Both the position numbers and the translations under genes were made by a program. A DNA stretch of 64,000 nt from a virus (Duplodnaviria; Caudoviricetes), in the IMG/VR virus record IMGVR_UViG_3300029267_004155; one strand, 5' to 3'. Shown here piece by piece: positions 35,613 to 43,752 of this stretch. How positions within the stretch are numbered: position 1 is the stretch's first letter; each line of letters opens with the position of its first letter. The notes under the pieces are model-generated. The model was not told where the DNA came from, ran no database searches, and saw only the letters and a list, made by a program, of their open reading frames with translations.

Positions 35613-36175
35613 GGTTTGCATTTTTATTTTTATTTCTGGCCCTTGGTGTAGGGTCGTCGGTCCGGGCGGACATCGGTCCAAACGGATTCATGGAGCAGGT
35701 GAGGGCCTACTGGGCCAAAAATGCCAGGTGTACCAGGTGGTTGGACGCCAAGTGGGCCGAGGTCGAGGATGTCGGGTGGGCCGACTGGGGAGAATGGGCC
35801 GGGTTGGTTGAGTCGGCTAACGTCAAGCAGGCCGAAGTGTCCGAGATGGATTGGCCGTACTTCCATGTCCGTTTCTGGCTTGACGAGGGCACGATACTTG
35901 TTGTGGTTTCGAATGAGGAATTAGAGTTCTGGTTAGGGCTTGTGAAGAAACGCCAGGAGGCTGAGCGCCAGAAGATGATCGAGGCTGAGAAGGCCGAGTG
36001 TCTGAGGGAAATCGAGGCCGAGGAGGCCGAGGAGACCGACGAGGAATGGCGGAGAGGACATCCGAGAACCGTGCGGATGAAGCGTTGGTTTGACATCCAT
36101 GCAAGGGAGCGAGGACATGGCGGATCAAGGACAGAGCTCTGGGCCGACCTACAGGCCGAACCCGTCGAACGATGA
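35609..36175 (+). CDS. Signal-peptide-bearing Trp/Glu-rich protein, paralog A
   Basis: MRFAFLFLFLALGVGSSVRA-D signal peptide, nearly identical to the N-terminus at 38230. Confidence 0.6.
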   Translation: MRFAFLFLFLALGVGSSVRADIGPNGFMEQVRAYWAKNARCTRWLDAKWAEVEDVGWADWGEWAGLVESANVKQAEVSEMDWPYFHVRFWLDEGTILVVVSNEELEFWLGLVKKRQEAERQKMIEAEKAECLREIEAEEAEETDEEWRRGHPRTVRMKRWFDIHARERGHGGSRTELWADLQAEPVER

Positions 36176-38102
36176 GCAGGAGAAGCTGGAGGATGAGGCG
36201 TATGCTGGCGGTTCCCGCGTCTTCTCCGGCGGCTCCGTCTCCGGGGGCGGGGTGATCCCCAGGGCGTACGGGAGGTCCCAGGAGGGTGGCAATCCCGGCG
36301 TGGTCTCCTGGTACAGCGACCGTGCGTGGGACGACTCCAGGCCCGGCGTGGCCTCGGAGCCGAAGGCTTCAGGATGGGGCCAGTGGGTTTGTCGGTACAA
36401 GAGCGTCGATGACCTAGATCCACCTGGCCCGCTCGACTGGCGGAGTTTTGGGGGCATGGGTCCGCTGGAGGCTTACTTTCGGGGTGGTACGAATCTGCCC
36501 TACACTCCTGGTTGGCATTTTGGGACTCAACTTAGCCCTCCGAGCAAGGACGTGTTTTTCCTTGCCTATCCGTGGCAGGACCGCTCGTGGGGCACGCCGT
36601 GGGTACATCAAGACAGATACGCCCAGTCGGGTAAGTTCGTTCCCAAGACCTGGCGGGTTGAAGGTGTAAGTCCAAGGTACGCGAAGTACGACCCGGTCAT
36701 CTCGCGCGAGACCAACCTGACCGCTCTGGATGGCGGTCCGCTCTTGGACCTCCAGTGCGCCATTGATAACCTGCCAAAGACGGTGACCATCAGATGGTCG
36801 ATAATCGATGGGAAGGATACTTACACCTACTACAAGACGCCGTTCGCGCAGACGACGCCGCATCCGATTGCCAACGCGGCGGACGCGGGGACCGGTCCCT
36901 GGTTCAAGGGTCACAACGAGAACATACCTGGCATCGACGAATGGAAGAGCGATATCATATTTGCGTTCGCCAAGTGGAAGGAGATGCTGGAGACGAGGTA
37001 CACGGGCCTGACCATCAACTTCGTGCAACTACCCGACGAGACCTGGGGTGGTGCTGCTGGTCCGCTTAACGGTGGCATCCCTTTCAGCGTCGCGGACCAT
37101 CCCGAGGCGGCTGATATACGTTTCTCCATGGCTCCGCAGTTTGACTATGATGCTGCCAGCACCCGCCGTCGCCCCCTGTGTCTCGGGTACCCGTCTCTAG
37201 GGAAGTTCGTCTCCATCGGCTCCAACATCACGATCAGCCCCGACTATCGGTGGCGTCCGGACGACAGGTCCGACCCGTTCAGCCTCAGCATTGCGTACTG
37301 CGTGTTCCACGAGATAGGGCACTACCTCGGGATGGCCCACAACAAGGACTGGACGTCCCTGATGCAGGTTTCGCAGCAGTCGCTCTGCCTTGAGAACAAG
37401 CCGAATGCCGGCGGCAACAGCGACAAGGCCTTCTACACGAGCTGGTCTGAGGACCTGAACCCGAGGGTCGGCGGCACGGCGGAGGCTCGCGACATGAACT
37501 GCCTTGACGAGATCAACGGGATTTCCCACAAGTGCGCGGGGAACTGCGAGAGACTTGGCGTGCGAGTTCCGTGTCCCCGGATGGAGGTAACGATCACAGC
37601 TGCCGACGTCTCGCTTCCGAAGACATGGTGCGGGATCACCTGGCAGCCTAGTTCCGTTGAGGATTTGGGTTGGAATGAGAGGTATTCGGGCGAGTCCGCG
37701 ACCGTCTGTCCCAACCGATATGATCTGGCCAAGCGGACAACGTTGCTGCCAGACCCCCCGCCGTATGACAGACGGATCAACCGCTGGCAATACTGGCATG
37801 TGACTGGCCTGGAGTTGGATCGCTACATATACGTACAACCCGATCCATCGGAGTGGTGGCTGTGGCAGCGGGCGGCCACAAACCATCTGCAAGTTGACGG
37901 CCGACAGGACGAGGTGTTCTATTGGTACCACTTCGGTCAGCCTTTCACCTACATCTTGCACTCGCAGCTGGGAGAGATTCTGGGTGTGCCGATACCGACT
38001 TTGAACAGCTACAGGCTGACGAACCCCTTTTTCGGCTTGGTGACGGATGGGAGCGGCGTGACTTTCACGTGGAAGAAGCAGTTGCCCGACCAGTGGCTCT
38101 GA
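36117..38102 (+). CDS. Metzincin (matrixin/M10-like) metalloprotease domain protein, paralog A
   Basis: AFAKW...INF..., ADIRFS, HEIGHYLGMAH and Met-turn SLMQ. Confidence 0.8.
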   Translation: MADQGQSSGPTYRPNPSNDEQEKLEDEAYAGGSRVFSGGSVSGGGVIPRAYGRSQEGGNPGVVSWYSDRAWDDSRPGVASEPKASGWGQWVCRYKSVDDLDPPGPLDWRSFGGMGPLEAYFRGGTNLPYTPGWHFGTQLSPPSKDVFFLAYPWQDRSWGTPWVHQDRYAQSGKFVPKTWRVEGVSPRYAKYDPVISRETNLTALDGGPLLDLQCAIDNLPKTVTIRWSIIDGKDTYTYYKTPFAQTTPHPIANAADAGTGPWFKGHNENIPGIDEWKSDIIFAFAKWKEMLETRYTGLTINFVQLPDETWGGAAGPLNGGIPFSVADHPEAADIRFSMAPQFDYDAASTRRRPLCLGYPSLGKFVSIGSNITISPDYRWRPDDRSDPFSLSIAYCVFHEIGHYLGMAHNKDWTSLMQVSQQSLCLENKPNAGGNSDKAFYTSWSEDLNPRVGGTAEARDMNCLDEINGISHKCAGNCERLGVRVPCPRMEVTITAADVSLPKTWCGITWQPSSVEDLGWNERYSGESATVCPNRYDLAKRTTLLPDPPPYDRRINRWQYWHVTGLELDRYIYVQPDPSEWWLWQRAATNHLQVDGRQDEVFYWYHFGQPFTYILHSQLGEILGVPIPTLNSYRLTNPFFGLVTDGSGVTFTWKKQLPDQWL

Positions 38103-38229
38103 CAAAGGAGGGCGCGAGGGCTGTCGGCCCGGGCGCATCTCGCATGAGGAATCGCGGACATGGCGGGTCGGGGATGGAGCTGCGGGCCGAACCCGCCGAA
38201 CGACGAACGGAAGGAAGGGGTGTGATGTC

Positions 38230-38940
38230 ATGAGATGTGCGTTTTTCTTTTTATTTCTGGCCCTTGGCGTGGGGTCGTCGGTCCGGGCGGACACCCACCC
38301 CGACGAGAGAAGGCCCGAGGGACTCGTTCAAGAGACGGATTTCGGGTGGGTCAGGCTCGCCGAGAGGCGGGCGGCTCGCGATCCTGAGTGGGTCGAGTTG
38401 GCCGAGATGCTGAGGGTCGTGTGGACCGAGTTGATTGAGCGCCAGAAGAGGATCGGGGCTGGCGCTCCCGCGTGGGCCACGTGGGTCGGGTGGGTCGAGT
38501 GGGTGAGGACCGACGATGCCGCGTGGGCCGAGTTGATGAAGGCCGAGTCGACGAGGGCCGAGGATGACGAGTGGGTCGAGCGGATGAGGGCCGAGTGGCC
38601 GAGGAACGACTTTGTGTGGCTCGCGTTGGAAAGTGCCGCGTATGGCGAGGACCGGTTGATGAAGGCCGAGGTCGAGTGGGTCGAGTGGCTGGAGGCAAAG
38701 AGGGTCGAGCGTCCTTCGCCATGCGATTTCACGCGGAAAGTGTGGGTCGAGTGGCTGGAGGCAAAGAGGGTCGAGCGCCGGTGGGCCGACGATCCCGAGT
38801 GGGTCGGGTTGGTTGAGCTGGTCGAGGCCAAGTCGGCCGAGGGGAGGGAGGCCATGTGGGCTCGGCTTCGGAATGTCGAGATCAAGGAAGAAGACGCTGT
38901 GGGGAATGGAGCAGGAAGCATTCGAAGATCATCGAGATGA
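38230..38940 (+). CDS. Signal-peptide-bearing Trp/Glu-rich protein, paralog B
   Basis: MRCAFFFLFLALGVGSSVRA-D; internal repeats WVEWLEAKRVER x2 and DPEWV x2. Confidence 0.6.
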   Translation: MRCAFFFLFLALGVGSSVRADTHPDERRPEGLVQETDFGWVRLAERRAARDPEWVELAEMLRVVWTELIERQKRIGAGAPAWATWVGWVEWVRTDDAAWAELMKAESTRAEDDEWVERMRAEWPRNDFVWLALESAAYGEDRLMKAEVEWVEWLEAKRVERPSPCDFTRKVWVEWLEAKRVERRWADDPEWVGLVELVEAKSAEGREAMWARLRNVEIKEEDAVGNGAGSIRRSSR

Positions 38941-38973
38941 AGCGTTGGTTTGGTAGTGTAAGGGAGTATGGAC

Positions 38974-40971
38974 ATGGCGGATCAAGGACAGAGCCCTGGA
39001 CCGAGGTACAGGCCGAACCCGTCGAACGACGAGCAGGAGAGGCTGGAGGAGGCCGAGTGGGCTGGTGGCTCCCGTGTCTTCTCCGGCGGCTCCGTCTCCG
39101 GGGGTGGTGTGATCCCCAAGGCGTACGGGAGGGCTCAGGCTCCCAGTCAGAATCCCGGTGTCGTTTCCTGGTACAGCGACCGTGCGTGGGACGACTCCAG
39201 GCCGGGCGTGGCCTCGGAGCCGGAGGCGTTGGAGGTGATGGCGTATGCGCTGTCGTACGAGAGCATTCCGCCTTTCGAGGAGGAATTGCCGGATATCGGG
39301 GGTATGCTGCACTATGGGAAGAACGTGATTCGGCCGCATGAATATCCTGGTTGGTATACGGCGGCGCAAGCTGGCTTTCCGGCGGAGGGCGACCATTTTT
39401 TCTACCTTCTCTATCCGAAGCAGAAAGCCAGCTGGGGCGAGCCTTGGCAGCATGACGACAGGTATGAATATTCGGGCAAGTTCGTTCCGAAGGACTGGGA
39501 GGTTGAAAGCGAGCAGAGGTTCGCGAAGGCCAATCCTATTGTTTCGTGCAAGTCCAATCAGGCCGTTTCGAACGGGGGTCCTCTCTTGGACCTTCAGTGT
39601 GCTATCGACAATTTGCCGACACCTACGACGTTGACCTTCAGATGGTCGATAATTCCGGGAGACCCGGATTACGGCTACTACAAGGTGCCGTTCCCGCAGA
39701 CGGCTCCGCATCCGATCAGGGACGCCGCGGAGGCCGCGTCGGTGGGGGGCGGTTTCTGGTTCAAGGGTCACAACGAGAACATACCAGGCATCGACGAATG
39801 GAGGGCCGACATCGCGTTGGCGTTCGCCAAGTGGAAGGAGATACTGGAGGAGAAGTATCCGGGTCTGATCGTCAACTTCGTGAACATAGCTGATGAGGTT
39901 TGGGGTCTTACCGGGCCGCTTCCCGGCCTTCCCCTGTTCAGGGTCTCGGACCATCCGGAGGCGGCCGACATACGCTTCTCCATGGCAACGATGGGTCTTG
40001 ACGAAGCTGGCCGCACGAACAGGCGCCCCCTGTGTCTTGAGCATCCGTCTCTCGGGGAGGTTGTCTCCATAGGCTCCAACATCAGGATCAACTCCAAGTA
40101 CCGCTGGCGCCCGGACGCCAGGTCCGATCCGTTCAGCCTCAGCATGGCGTACTGCGTGTTCCACGAGATAGGGCACTACCTCGGGATGGCCCACAACGAG
40201 GATTGGACGTCCCTGATGCAGGTCTCGCAGCAGACGACATGCCTCTCCAACAAGCCGAATGGCGGGCCGGGGGGCGCGAGGGCCTTCTACACGAGCTGGT
40301 CTGACGACCTTGATCCCCGGGTTGGTGGCACGGCGAAGGGTCGCGACCAGACCTGCCTCGGCAATCTCAACTCGGCCCCCCACAACTGCGTGATGAATTG
40401 CACGAGACTCGGCGAGCAGGTTCAGTGTCCGCAGATGGAGATAACGATCACGGCCGAGAATCCCGAGGGGGACCTTCCTAAGACGTGGTGCGGGATCACC
40501 TGGCAGCCTCCCTCCGTGGACCCGCTGAGCCCGAACGACAAGCGCTCGGGCGAGTCCGTGACCATCTGTCCCGATCTGTATCGGCTGTCCAAGACAACAG
40601 AGACGACCCCCCTGGTGCCTCTGAAGCGGTTTATCCACTGCCATAAATGGGAAGCGACTGACTTGAACATGACACGTTTGCGCCTGGAGGAGTACAGGCT
40701 GCTTCCGCCGTACGATTTCTACAATGCCAGAGCTTGGAACTGGTTGACAGTTGATGGCCGAAGGGATCGAAGGGAGTATTGGCGACCGTGGTTTTACGCT
40801 CCCATCATCCAGACCCCTTTCGCGCAGCTGGAGAAGATTACGACCGTGCCTTTCGCGACCTTGAACGACTACAGGTTGACGGATGAGTTTTTCGGTTCGT
40901 GGGAGGACGATAGTGGCGTGGGCAAGGTCGTTTTCAAGTGGGTGAAGAGGTGGCCGCCGCAGTGGGACTGA
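38974..40971 (+). CDS. Metzincin (matrixin/M10-like) metalloprotease domain protein, paralog B
   Basis: HEIGHYLGMAH...SLMQ; extensive identity with 36117..38102. Confidence 0.8.
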   Translation: MADQGQSPGPRYRPNPSNDEQERLEEAEWAGGSRVFSGGSVSGGGVIPKAYGRAQAPSQNPGVVSWYSDRAWDDSRPGVASEPEALEVMAYALSYESIPPFEEELPDIGGMLHYGKNVIRPHEYPGWYTAAQAGFPAEGDHFFYLLYPKQKASWGEPWQHDDRYEYSGKFVPKDWEVESEQRFAKANPIVSCKSNQAVSNGGPLLDLQCAIDNLPTPTTLTFRWSIIPGDPDYGYYKVPFPQTAPHPIRDAAEAASVGGGFWFKGHNENIPGIDEWRADIALAFAKWKEILEEKYPGLIVNFVNIADEVWGLTGPLPGLPLFRVSDHPEAADIRFSMATMGLDEAGRTNRRPLCLEHPSLGEVVSIGSNIRINSKYRWRPDARSDPFSLSMAYCVFHEIGHYLGMAHNEDWTSLMQVSQQTTCLSNKPNGGPGGARAFYTSWSDDLDPRVGGTAKGRDQTCLGNLNSAPHNCVMNCTRLGEQVQCPQMEITITAENPEGDLPKTWCGITWQPPSVDPLSPNDKRSGESVTICPDLYRLSKTTETTPLVPLKRFIHCHKWEATDLNMTRLRLEEYRLLPPYDFYNARAWNWLTVDGRRDRREYWRPWFYAPIIQTPFAQLEKITTVPFATLNDYRLTDEFFGSWEDDSGVGKVVFKWVKRWPPQWD

Positions 40972-40982
40972 CAAAGGAGAGC

Positions 40983-41297
40983 ATGATGGAGTTGACACAG
41001 GAACAGGTTGACGAGGTGATGGAGGCGGTCAGGGCGTCGGACGAGATGCCGCAGATCGCCGTTCGCGAGTGGATTTCCAGCAACATCCCGGAGGGTCGGG
41101 GCGCCGTCCCGATGGTGATGCGGCGGCTCAGGGAGGATCATCTCGGTGAGATCATGGCGAAGACGTCGCCGATCTTCCTGGGTCGTTTCGCCACCGCCGT
41201 CGAGGGCTCCGACATCGGCGCGGAGCAATGCGACGCCGTCGTCGCGGCCCTCCAGGACGCCCTGGCCAGGGTCCAGGCGAAGAAGGCGAGCCTCTAG
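40983..41297 (+). CDS. Hypothetical protein
   Basis: RBS AAGGAG. Confidence 0.65.
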   Translation: MMELTQEQVDEVMEAVRASDEMPQIAVREWISSNIPEGRGAVPMVMRRLREDHLGEIMAKTSPIFLGRFATAVEGSDIGAEQCDAVVAALQDALARVQAKKASL

Positions 41298-41556
41298 GGG
41301 CGCGGGTCGTGACGGCAGTCGTGGCCGATTTCAAGCATGGGCTGGCCTTGTGGCCCGGGACGAGGGAGGAGGCGCAGGAGCGCCACGCCTCCGTGAGGGC
41401 CCGCTGCAGGGCCCTGAAGGCCCTGGGGGACGCCGACAGGTACCTGAGGGTCCTGGAGGTGGGGGAGGGCGTCGACGAGCTGGAGATGGCCCAGATGAGG
41501 GGGACGGGAAGGATTCCGAGGAGGGTGGTGGCGAGATTTCGAAGGGGCGACTTCGG

Positions 41557-41997
41557 ATGAGGTGGAAGGCGCAGCACGCGATCCTGTGCTCGGCGGTCCT
41601 CGGGGCCTTCGGGGGCGGCATGGCGAGTTTCGTGCCGTGGCCGCTCGTGGCGTCGCTCTCGGCCGTCCTCTCCTGCTTCTGCTGCTTCTTCGGGATGCTG
41701 GTCGGGTACGTGGTGGGGAGGAGGCAGGACGCGATTCGCCTCCTGGAGATGGAGAGGGGGAGGGAGGCCATGGAGGCCGTCATGCGCGAGGGGATGGGCG
41801 GCGTGGGTCCGCTGGTCTCGATGTCGGCGCAGGCGGTGGCCGACCGGGTGGCGGTGAGGATGGCGAGCGAGCTGTTCAGGAACGTGGGCAACGACGAGCA
41901 CCGGGAGGCGGCGATCCTGAGCGGCGCCAGGATAGTCGAGGAGGAGATCGCGGCGCTGGAGGCGTCCCTGGAGTCCTCGCGGGAGGGTCTCCAGTGA
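41557..41997 (+). CDS. Membrane protein with two N-terminal hydrophobic helices
   Basis: Hydrophobic stretches AILCSAVLGAFGGG and LVASLSAVLSCFCCFFGMLVGYVV. Confidence 0.55.
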   Translation: MRWKAQHAILCSAVLGAFGGGMASFVPWPLVASLSAVLSCFCCFFGMLVGYVVGRRQDAIRLLEMERGREAMEAVMREGMGGVGPLVSMSAQAVADRVAVRMASELFRNVGNDEHREAAILSGARIVEEEIAALEASLESSREGLQ

Positions 41998-43154
41998 TGA
42001 GGGCGACTCCAGGCTCACGGTTCAGCGTCCCCCTCGGCAGGGGGTGGGACCGGTGGCTGTCGGGAGACGAGGCCGGAGCCGTCTCCGCGTGGGCCGACGG
42101 CGCCCGGGGCGGCGACGCGTTCTGCATGGACAAGATGGCGTGGGCGCACGAGTCGGGGGTTCTGGACGGAGGGAGGGGCGTGGCGGCCTTCTGGCGCCGC
42201 AGGACGTTCGGCAGGGGCGTCTACGGCTGGCGCGAGGCGGTGGGCGGGGTGAGGCGCCCTCTGCGGGCCAGGTGGATGCACTCCCAGGACGGCGTCGGCA
42301 TGTGGCGCTGGTTCGCCGATGAGTGGTACGACGTCGACGAGGAGTCCGACCCGGAGGTTGTGGTCTTCGACGTGGGCGAGGAGAACAAGGTCAAGGCGCT
42401 CCGGGACGGCCGTTACGAGTTCGAGATGCCGAAGGTGGGGGCCGGCCCCCACGACAGGGTTTTCGGGACGATGGAGGCCTGCGACGCCGACATGGGCGGC
42501 TGCGAGTGGGCCTTCTCCCACGGCTTCGACGACGAGGTCCGGGACCCCAGGCACATGCGGATGCCCTGTGCGTCGTCGGCGGTCCACCAGAGGCCGCGGG
42601 ACTTCTTCGGGCGCCCGGACTTCAGCCCGCTCGCCGAGCTTCGTCGGAAGACGAGCTTCTGCTCCTTCGTGTACGGGCACGACACCGACCGGAGACGGGA
42701 GGTGTTCGAGCTGCTGTCGGCCTACCGGGGGGTGGACGCCTTCGGGCCGACCGGCCTGAACAACATGGGCGGCAGGCTCGTGCCGAAAGGCACCTCGGAC
42801 ATGCTGGCCATGAAGCCGAGGGCGTTCCTTCGCCGATACAAGTTCACGGTGGCGTTCGAGAACGACTCCAAGCCGGGCTACGTCACCGAGAAGCTGGCCG
42901 AGCCGCTGGCTGCCAGGAGCGTGCCGATCTACTGGGGCGATCCTCGCGCGGCCGAGGAGTTCAACCCGCTGGCCTTCGTCAACTGCCACGACTTCGACGA
43001 CGTGGGGGCCGCGGTCGACAGGGTGGTCGAGCTGGACCGGGACGACGACGCCTACATGGCGATGCTGGCGCAGCCGCCGTTCCGTCCCGGGGAGATGCCG
43101 GCGTGGGCCGACCCGTATGCCCTCAGGAGAAGGCTCGTGGAGGTGTTCGGATGA
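41997..43154 (+). CDS. GT10 alpha-1,3-fucosyltransferase-like protein with N-terminal Sel1-like segment
   Basis: FCSFVY, YKFTVAFEND...GYVTEKL...VPIYWG...FNP.AFVN..DF (alpha-1,3-FucT motif). Confidence 0.88.
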   Translation: MRATPGSRFSVPLGRGWDRWLSGDEAGAVSAWADGARGGDAFCMDKMAWAHESGVLDGGRGVAAFWRRRTFGRGVYGWREAVGGVRRPLRARWMHSQDGVGMWRWFADEWYDVDEESDPEVVVFDVGEENKVKALRDGRYEFEMPKVGAGPHDRVFGTMEACDADMGGCEWAFSHGFDDEVRDPRHMRMPCASSAVHQRPRDFFGRPDFSPLAELRRKTSFCSFVYGHDTDRRREVFELLSAYRGVDAFGPTGLNNMGGRLVPKGTSDMLAMKPRAFLRRYKFTVAFENDSKPGYVTEKLAEPLAARSVPIYWGDPRAAEEFNPLAFVNCHDFDDVGAAVDRVVELDRDDDAYMAMLAQPPFRPGEMPAWADPYALRRRLVEVFG

Positions 43155-43561
43155 TCAGGAGGAGCTACAGGGGGCTGGGCCGCGGGTCGGCCGAGTGGAA
43201 GCGCCGGAAGGCGGCGCGGATGGCCAGGAACCAGACCGGGCCGGAGAGGGCCATGTGGAAGCGCCTGTGCTCGAGGAAGCTGGGCGTCTGGTTCTACAAG
43301 CAGAGGGTGATGAAAGGCTACATTCTGGACTTCTGGTGCCCGGCGGCCGGGCTCGCCGTCGAGGTGGACGGGCCGCACCACGCCGGGAGGAGGGCGGGAG
43401 ACAGGAAGCGGGACGAGAGGCTGGGGAGGGTCGGGGTGGAGACGCTCAGGATTCCGGCGGCGGTGGTGGTCAAGGCGCCGGCTGCCGCGGCGGCCATGGT
43501 CAGGAGGAGGCTGCGGGAGAGGATGGGGAGAGGAGTGGGTGGTCATGGCAGCCGAGGTTGA
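43151..43561 (+). CDS. DUF559/Vsr-like endonuclease
   Basis: MARNQT.PE..MW..L...F.KQ....GYILDFWC....LAVEVDG.HH......D..RD..L...G...LR. Confidence 0.8.
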   Translation: MIRRSYRGLGRGSAEWKRRKAARMARNQTGPERAMWKRLCSRKLGVWFYKQRVMKGYILDFWCPAAGLAVEVDGPHHAGRRAGDRKRDERLGRVGVETLRIPAAVVVKAPAAAAAMVRRRLRERMGRGVGGHGSRG

Positions 43562-43752
43562 ATGGGTGGAGCCGAGACGGGCGAGGCGCCACGACGACGA
43601 CGCGAGGGGATGCGAGTGCGGCGGCCGGCCGGAGCTGGTGGAGTCGGCGAACTCCGACTACAAGATATGCAGGGTGCAGTGCGAGAGGTGCCGCAGGCAC
43701 TTCAAGGCGGCGTTCTCGAAGGAATGGGCCTGGGTGTTCTGGGAGAGGCGAG

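Noticed and set aside
35609-40971. Diversity-generating retroelement (TR/VR pair)
   Set aside because: No reverse transcriptase in the window, and paralog differences are not adenine-specific.
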